From positions 384,001 to 448,000 of the forward strand of contig CAVYNY010000013.1 of the NCBI GenBank assembly GCA_963769935.1: a stretch of DNA of 64,000 bases, written 5' to 3'. The notes beneath the pieces are model-generated. The model made no database searches, was not told the DNA's origin, and saw nothing but the letters and a program-made list of their open reading frames with translations. Below are positions 59,346 to 64,000 of this stretch, piece by piece. Every line of letters starts with the position of its first letter. Position 1 is the first letter of the stretch. The stretch is from an uncultured delta proteobacterium (GTDB taxonomy: Bacteria > Desulfobacterota > Desulfobacteria > Desulfobacterales > JAFDCJ01). The translations under genes and the position numbers were made by a program.

Positions 59346-60121
59346 ATGGACAAAAAAAAGCTGCCATAATTCGCGATTGGGTAGAACCGGCCCATCCCAT
59401 GGTGGTACGGTTTTATGATGATTTGCTGGCCATTTACCGGCGTATTCGCGATAAATTCCAGCAAAGAATAGATGAGACCTTTGATGCAACTTCGCGTACG
59501 ATCGGTTTCCTGGTTACCACAACGTTGCCGCTGACGCTTGAAATCGATAAGAAAGGAAAAGTAAAACAAATCGAACTAGGGGCCGAACATCTTAAAAATA
59601 CTCTTTTTGACAAGAACTTTTCCCCGATACTCAGAGCCATTGCCGGTGAGGACCCTGAATTTGATCCCAGCATCTCAGCCGGAACCTATAATCCCTATTT
59701 AATCTGGTTTGACGCGCTGAAGTTAAAGCTGCGCACCGACTGGGTCGAACCGGCGCACTTCCGCGACTATTTTCGAATTCGGGAACGCTTCGCCGGCATA
59801 TTCAGATTTGACTGGGTGGAGCCGGCCCACATCGCCCTGGGTGGTTCAGCCCTGGCGGCGGTGGATCCGGATGTCATGGAGCCAGCTCATTTGGGACCGA
59901 CTCCGAATCCATGGCGTGACAGGGTTCTCATCGCTGTCATCGATGAAATCTATCCGGAGCTTGGTTTGGTGGAAAGGATCACCCGACTCAAAGATCTGCT
60001 GCGCACGCGCGTGCGGCCGGACGTCATGGAACCTGCCCATTTCCGGGATATCGGGCGTCAGTTGCCCCGCGAAGCATTAGCCGAGATTGAAGCCGTGCTG
60101 CGCCGCTTCGGCTACAAGTAA
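59346..60121 (+). CDS. Uncharacterised protein with five D-(W/V)-(V/M)-EPAH repeats; frameshift in the A8 run at 59352-59359
   Basis: AGGAGG RBS precedes ATG 59346. One extra A gives MDKKKAAIIRDWVEPAHP in frame with ORF 59399-60121. Confidence 0.82.
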
Positions 60122-60329
60122 TCAAGCCTGACATTAAGTTCAAGGTAAACTAAGTAAAGTGTTGCAGCAACACAGGTGGGACTTTCTCAACGATTTACAG
60201 AAAATTCCCACATATCGCGGCCGCCGCCGGGATGCCAGTCCCGGCGACAGTCAGCGTTTGAAGCAATTAGACCGCTGTAACCGATGCCATCGGATGGCGC
60301 AACCGGCCCACGGCGTTTTTTTTGCCCCG

Positions 60330-60485
60330 GGGCCGGAAACTTTTTTGAATCTTATCAAACGCATGTGCGAAAATATATTGCCCAGGCCGCGCCTGTTAAT
60401 TTTGAATTACCCGCATAATCCGACGGCCGAACTGGCTACGGTGGATTATTTTACAGAAATTGTCGCGGCGCCTGGTCCCGGCTGA
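60330..60485 (+). pseudogene. Internal fragment of a class I/II PLP aminotransferase
   Basis: PRPRLLILNYPHNPTA...FTEIV; no intact N- or C-terminus; overlaps the end of the OMF gene. Confidence 0.6.
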
Positions 60486-62008
60486 GCATTCCACCAGCCG
60501 CCTCCCAGGGCGGCAATCAGGGTCGCACTATCCTGATAGCGCTGGGCTTTCGACGTTAAGTATCCGATCCGGGCCTGCTGGTATTGCAGATCGGCGATCA
60601 GGACCTGCACGTAATCGGCTTTGCCCGCCTTGTAATTTTCCTGAACCAGCTTCAAGGACTGCTGCGAACTTGCCAGGGCCTGCGACTGGGCGTTTAAGGT
60701 TTGGGCGTCGTGCTCCAGCGCCCTGAGGGTATCGGCCACCTGAGCGAATGCGGCCAGCACCGTCTGACGATAGTCCGCCAGGGCGGCATCGTAGGCGGCC
60801 AGCGCGGCCTTGCGCTTGTACCACAGGGTCCCGCCTTGAAAGAGGGGCGCCGTGAGACCCACCCCCAGATTCCAGAAGTTGGAGATGGGATTGAAGAGCA
60901 GGCTGCTGTTGATAGTGGACTGACCGTAAGCGCCCGTCAAATCGATGCTCGGAAACATGTTGGCCGTTGCCACGCCGATGGCGGCACTGGCGACATGCAG
61001 CTGGGCCTCGGCCGCCAGGATGTCCGGGCGCCGGCGCACCAGGTCGGAAGGCAGACTGACCGGCAGATGCTCCGGCAGCGTGATATCCGCAAACTTGACC
61101 TCGGGCGGCGTCCAGGCCGACGGTATCTGCCCGACCAGGGTCGCCAGGAGGTGCCGGGTCTGGTCCAGAGACTGCTGCAAGGGCGGCAGGGTGGCCACGG
61201 TGGACGCCAGCCGGGCACGCATGCTCAATACGTCCTGCGAGGCGATAATTCCGGCTTTCACCTGGGCCTCCATAATGTCGAGCTGATGTTGCTGATCGTC
61301 GATGATCTCCTGGGTGGCCTCGATCTGCGCCCGGTAGGACGCTTCGGCAATGACCGTATTGATGACCCGGCCCAGCAGGGTCAGATAGGTGGCCCGGGCC
61401 TCGTAGTCCTGATAGTCCGACTGCGCCTTCAGCCCTTCGACTGTCCGGCGGCTGCGGCCGAAGAAATCGAAGTTATAGCTGACCGCGGCCGAGGCCGAAT
61501 AGACGGTAAATAGACTGCTGCCGAAGGAGCCGCCGAAGCTGGCCGAGTTGAACTTTTGCCGGGTGATATCGGATTTGCCCTCGATCTGGGGGAAAAACAC
61601 CCCATAGCCGGCCTGCAGATTGGCCTGGCTTTCGCGCAGCCGCGCCTGGGCGCCCTGCAGGCTTTGGTTGTTGGCCACGGCGAGCTGGATAACCCGGTCC
61701 AGTTTGTCGGAGTGGAACAGATGCCACCATTCACGGGAGATCTTGGCGCCCCAATCGAACTGCTGCTGCTTGCCGTCCGCTGCAATTGTCCTGGAAGGCG
61801 CTTGGCCCTGGGTGTAGCCTGCGACTTCGGGCGCCGCAGGCGGCACGAAATCCGGACCGAGGGCACACCCCCAGATTCCCATGCCGATCAGCACAAGACC
61901 GGCGGTCAAAATTAATTTCGGCCGTCGCCCGGCCTTCCTTCCCGGCGCCGCAGGCTGCCGAAGATCCGGCCGGTGGTTGGCCCGCGGTTGGATATGGTTG
62001 CGCGACAT
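60446..62008 (-). CDS. RND efflux outer-membrane factor lipoprotein (NodT/OprM family)
   Basis: Lipobox-like WGC-ALGPDF, WWHLF, PSDLVRRRPDI, ALGGGW. Start overlaps the permease stop (TGATG). Confidence 0.92.
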   Translation of the reverse strand: MSRNHIQPRANHRPDLRQPAAPGRKAGRRPKLILTAGLVLIGMGIWGCALGPDFVPPAAPEVAGYTQGQAPSRTIAADGKQQQFDWGAKISREWWHLFHSDKLDRVIQLAVANNQSLQGAQARLRESQANLQAGYGVFFPQIEGKSDITRQKFNSASFGGSFGSSLFTVYSASAAVSYNFDFFGRSRRTVEGLKAQSDYQDYEARATYLTLLGRVINTVIAEASYRAQIEATQEIIDDQQHQLDIMEAQVKAGIIASQDVLSMRARLASTVATLPPLQQSLDQTRHLLATLVGQIPSAWTPPEVKFADITLPEHLPVSLPSDLVRRRPDILAAEAQLHVASAAIGVATANMFPSIDLTGAYGQSTINSSLLFNPISNFWNLGVGLTAPLFQGGTLWYKRKAALAAYDAALADYRQTVLAAFAQVADTLRALEHDAQTLNAQSQALASSQQSLKLVQENYKAGKADYVQVLIADLQYQQARIGYLTSKAQRYQDSATLIAALGGGWWNAQPGPGAATISVK

Positions 62009-64000
62009 CACAGCCCACCCCCAGGTGCGGTTGCCTGCCGGGCCGAATCTTCCGCGGGCGGAATGGTTTTCAAGCCCAGGCGCTCGGCCAGACGGGTGAT
62101 AAGAATGTAAAATACCGGCGTCACCAGCAATGTAAATAGGGTGCTGAAAACCAGACCGCCGACCACGGCCCAACCCAGCGGCTGGCGGCTCTGGGAGCCC
62201 GGTCCGGAGGCCAGGGCCAGGGGCAGGCCGCCCATAATCATCGCCAGGGAGGTCATCAGGATCGGCCGGAAACGAATCTTGGCGGCCTTAACCGCAGCCC
62301 GACCAATTCCTCGCCCCCGGCCCTCAGGCGATTGGCGTAGTCCACCATCAGGATGCCGTTTTTGGTGACCAATCCGATCAGCAGGATAATTCCGATCTCG
62401 CTGTAAAGATTGATATTGTTGCCGGTCGCAAAAATTGCCAGCAGGGCCCCGGTGAGCGCGAGCGGCACGGAGAACATAATCGTAAGGGGATGGACCCAGC
62501 TTTCAAACTGGGCGGCCAATACCAGATAGATGAAGACCAGCGATACGGCAAATGTGACATAAAGCGACGCCGACGTCTCCCGGTAGTCCCGGCTCTGCCC
62601 CGTCAGGGCGGTGCTGTAACCGGCGGGCAGGATTTTTTGGGCATTGGCCTGCATGTCGTCCAGGGCCTTGCTGAGGGGCAGCGACGACTGCAGGCTGGCA
62701 CTGATGGTAAACGAACGCTGCAGGTTGTAGTGAAAGATGGTGTCCGGTCCGTAGGTGTTGGTCAGCGATACCAGATAAGACAGCGGCACCGGTTTTCCCG
62801 CGCGGTCGCGCACGTATATGTCGTTGATCTGTCCCGGTTGGGCCCGGAATTTGGGTTCGAGTTGAACCAGAACCTCGTAGCTTTTGTTGTTCATGATAAA
62901 ATCGGAGACATGCGAGCCGCCCAGACCCACCTCCAATGCCAGGGCGACATCGGCAACGGAAATGCCGAGATCCGAGGAGCGCTCCCGGTGAAAATCCACA
63001 TTCAGCTGGGGCGTCTCGGTGGTCAGGTCCGATTGGACATTGATCATGCCCTTGGTGCGCCGGGCCTGGTCGAGCAGCTGCCGGTTGAGTTTGGCCAGCT
63101 CTTTGAGGCTCGGCCCCAGAACCACGAACTGAACTTCCTGACTCGTGGCCTGCTCTCCGAGGGAGGGCGGATTGATGGGAAAAGCCAGCACGCCGGGAAT
63201 CTGCATTAAGCGCGGAAAGAGCCGGCGCACGATCTCCATCTGGCTCATTTTGCGCTGGTCGAAGGGCTTGAGCCGCGGAAACGCGAGCCCCAGCCGGGGT
63301 GACGCCGGCCCTCCGATGGAGATGCCGATGGCCGCGAAATAGTTCTGCACCGCCGGGATATCGCTGATGTCCTTTTCGATGTCCTGCAGGTAATGCCGGG
63401 TGTACCAGAGGTTTGATCCCTGGGGTGCCTTTACGATGACCAGAAAGTAGCCCTGATCTTCCACCGGCACAAAGGTTTTGGGCAGAATAAAGTATAATCC
63501 CGCCGCAGCCCCGATGTTCAGGAGCATAAAGCAGCCGACAATCTTGCGGTGGCGGACGGCCCATTCGGCCAGCTGCCCGTAACGACCTTGGAGCCATTGA
63601 AAAAAACGCTCGCTCAAACTGAAGAGGCCCCGGCGCGGTTCGGAGAGACGCAGGATGCGGGCGCAGAGCATCGGCGTCAGGGTGAGCGCCACCAATCCCG
63701 AAAGCCCGACGGCCATGGCGACGCTCAACGCAAACTCGCTGAACAGCCGGCCGATATCTCCCCGCATGAAGGCCAGCGGAATGAAAATGGCGATCAGGGT
63801 CGCCGTGGTGGCCAACACCGGAAAACCGATTTCACGGGCGCCCCTGACGGCGGCCGTTTGCTGTTCCTCCCCCAGCTCCTGGCGGCGGTAAATGTTTTCA
63901 AGCATGATGATGGCGTCATCGATCACCAGTCCGATGGCCAGCACCAGTGAAAACAGCGTCAGAACGTTGATGGAAAAACCGGCGATCCACATGCCGGCAA
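62008..64000 (-). CDS. RND efflux permease (AcrB family), 5'-truncated by the window; frameshift near 62300
   Basis: INVLTL...IGLVIDDAIIMLENI, ALTLTPMLC, LAAQFES, KNGILMVD, then RFRPILMT...VVGG...LLVTPV in a second frame. Confidence 0.93.

Noticed and set aside
62009..62173. N-terminal extension of the 575-aa OMF ORF
   Set aside because: It overlaps the true C-terminus of the permease; ATG 62008 gives a coupled start ahead of the lipoprotein signal.
60446..64000. RND/OMF efflux genes as the exporter for the EPAH system
   Set aside because: They are convergent, visibly more GC-rich and separated by an aminotransferase fragment, so adjacency alone is insufficient. Conserved synteny would be needed.

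Overview
This 64 kb window is bacterial chromosomal DNA. Gene content and intergenic repeats suggest a Desulfobacterales-like organism (Desulfobacterota); this is an inference. No rRNA, tRNA, CRISPR array or transposase was found. The left half (about 0.3-35 kb) looks like a sigma54-controlled island. Seven -24/-12 promoters (six near-consensus, one degenerate) are associated with a recurring palindrome, CGGAA-N7-TTCCG, often at a fixed distance and with an IHF-like site. Two paralogous enhancer-binding proteins with atypical receiver domains lie in the same region. Putative targets include a KamA / two ATP-grasp / GNAT-deacetylase-GNAT operon, three paralogous small beta-strand proteins and a dksA / Zn-ribbon / HU cluster. 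The region also holds ClpX, a TRAP transporter, an amino acid dehydrogenase-CBS fusion, a CdaA-YbbR diadenylate cyclase, a DUF1611 / epimerase pair and PtsP. The right half is mostly housekeeping (RecD2, GmhB, RlpA, Lon, two Hsp20, MFS, an extra RpoD-like sigma factor, TetR, VapBC, RND efflux). It also holds the top novelty candidate: a cobalamin-dependent radical SAM enzyme followed by a protein with five D-(W/V)-(V/M)-E-P-A-H repeats, a possible RiPP or protein-modification system. Two 156-bp MITE copies with compensatory stem changes and several short-period repeat arrays occur between genes. Several frameshifts are repaired by single-base additions and look like assembly errors. All calls come from reading motifs by eye; no database searches were run.
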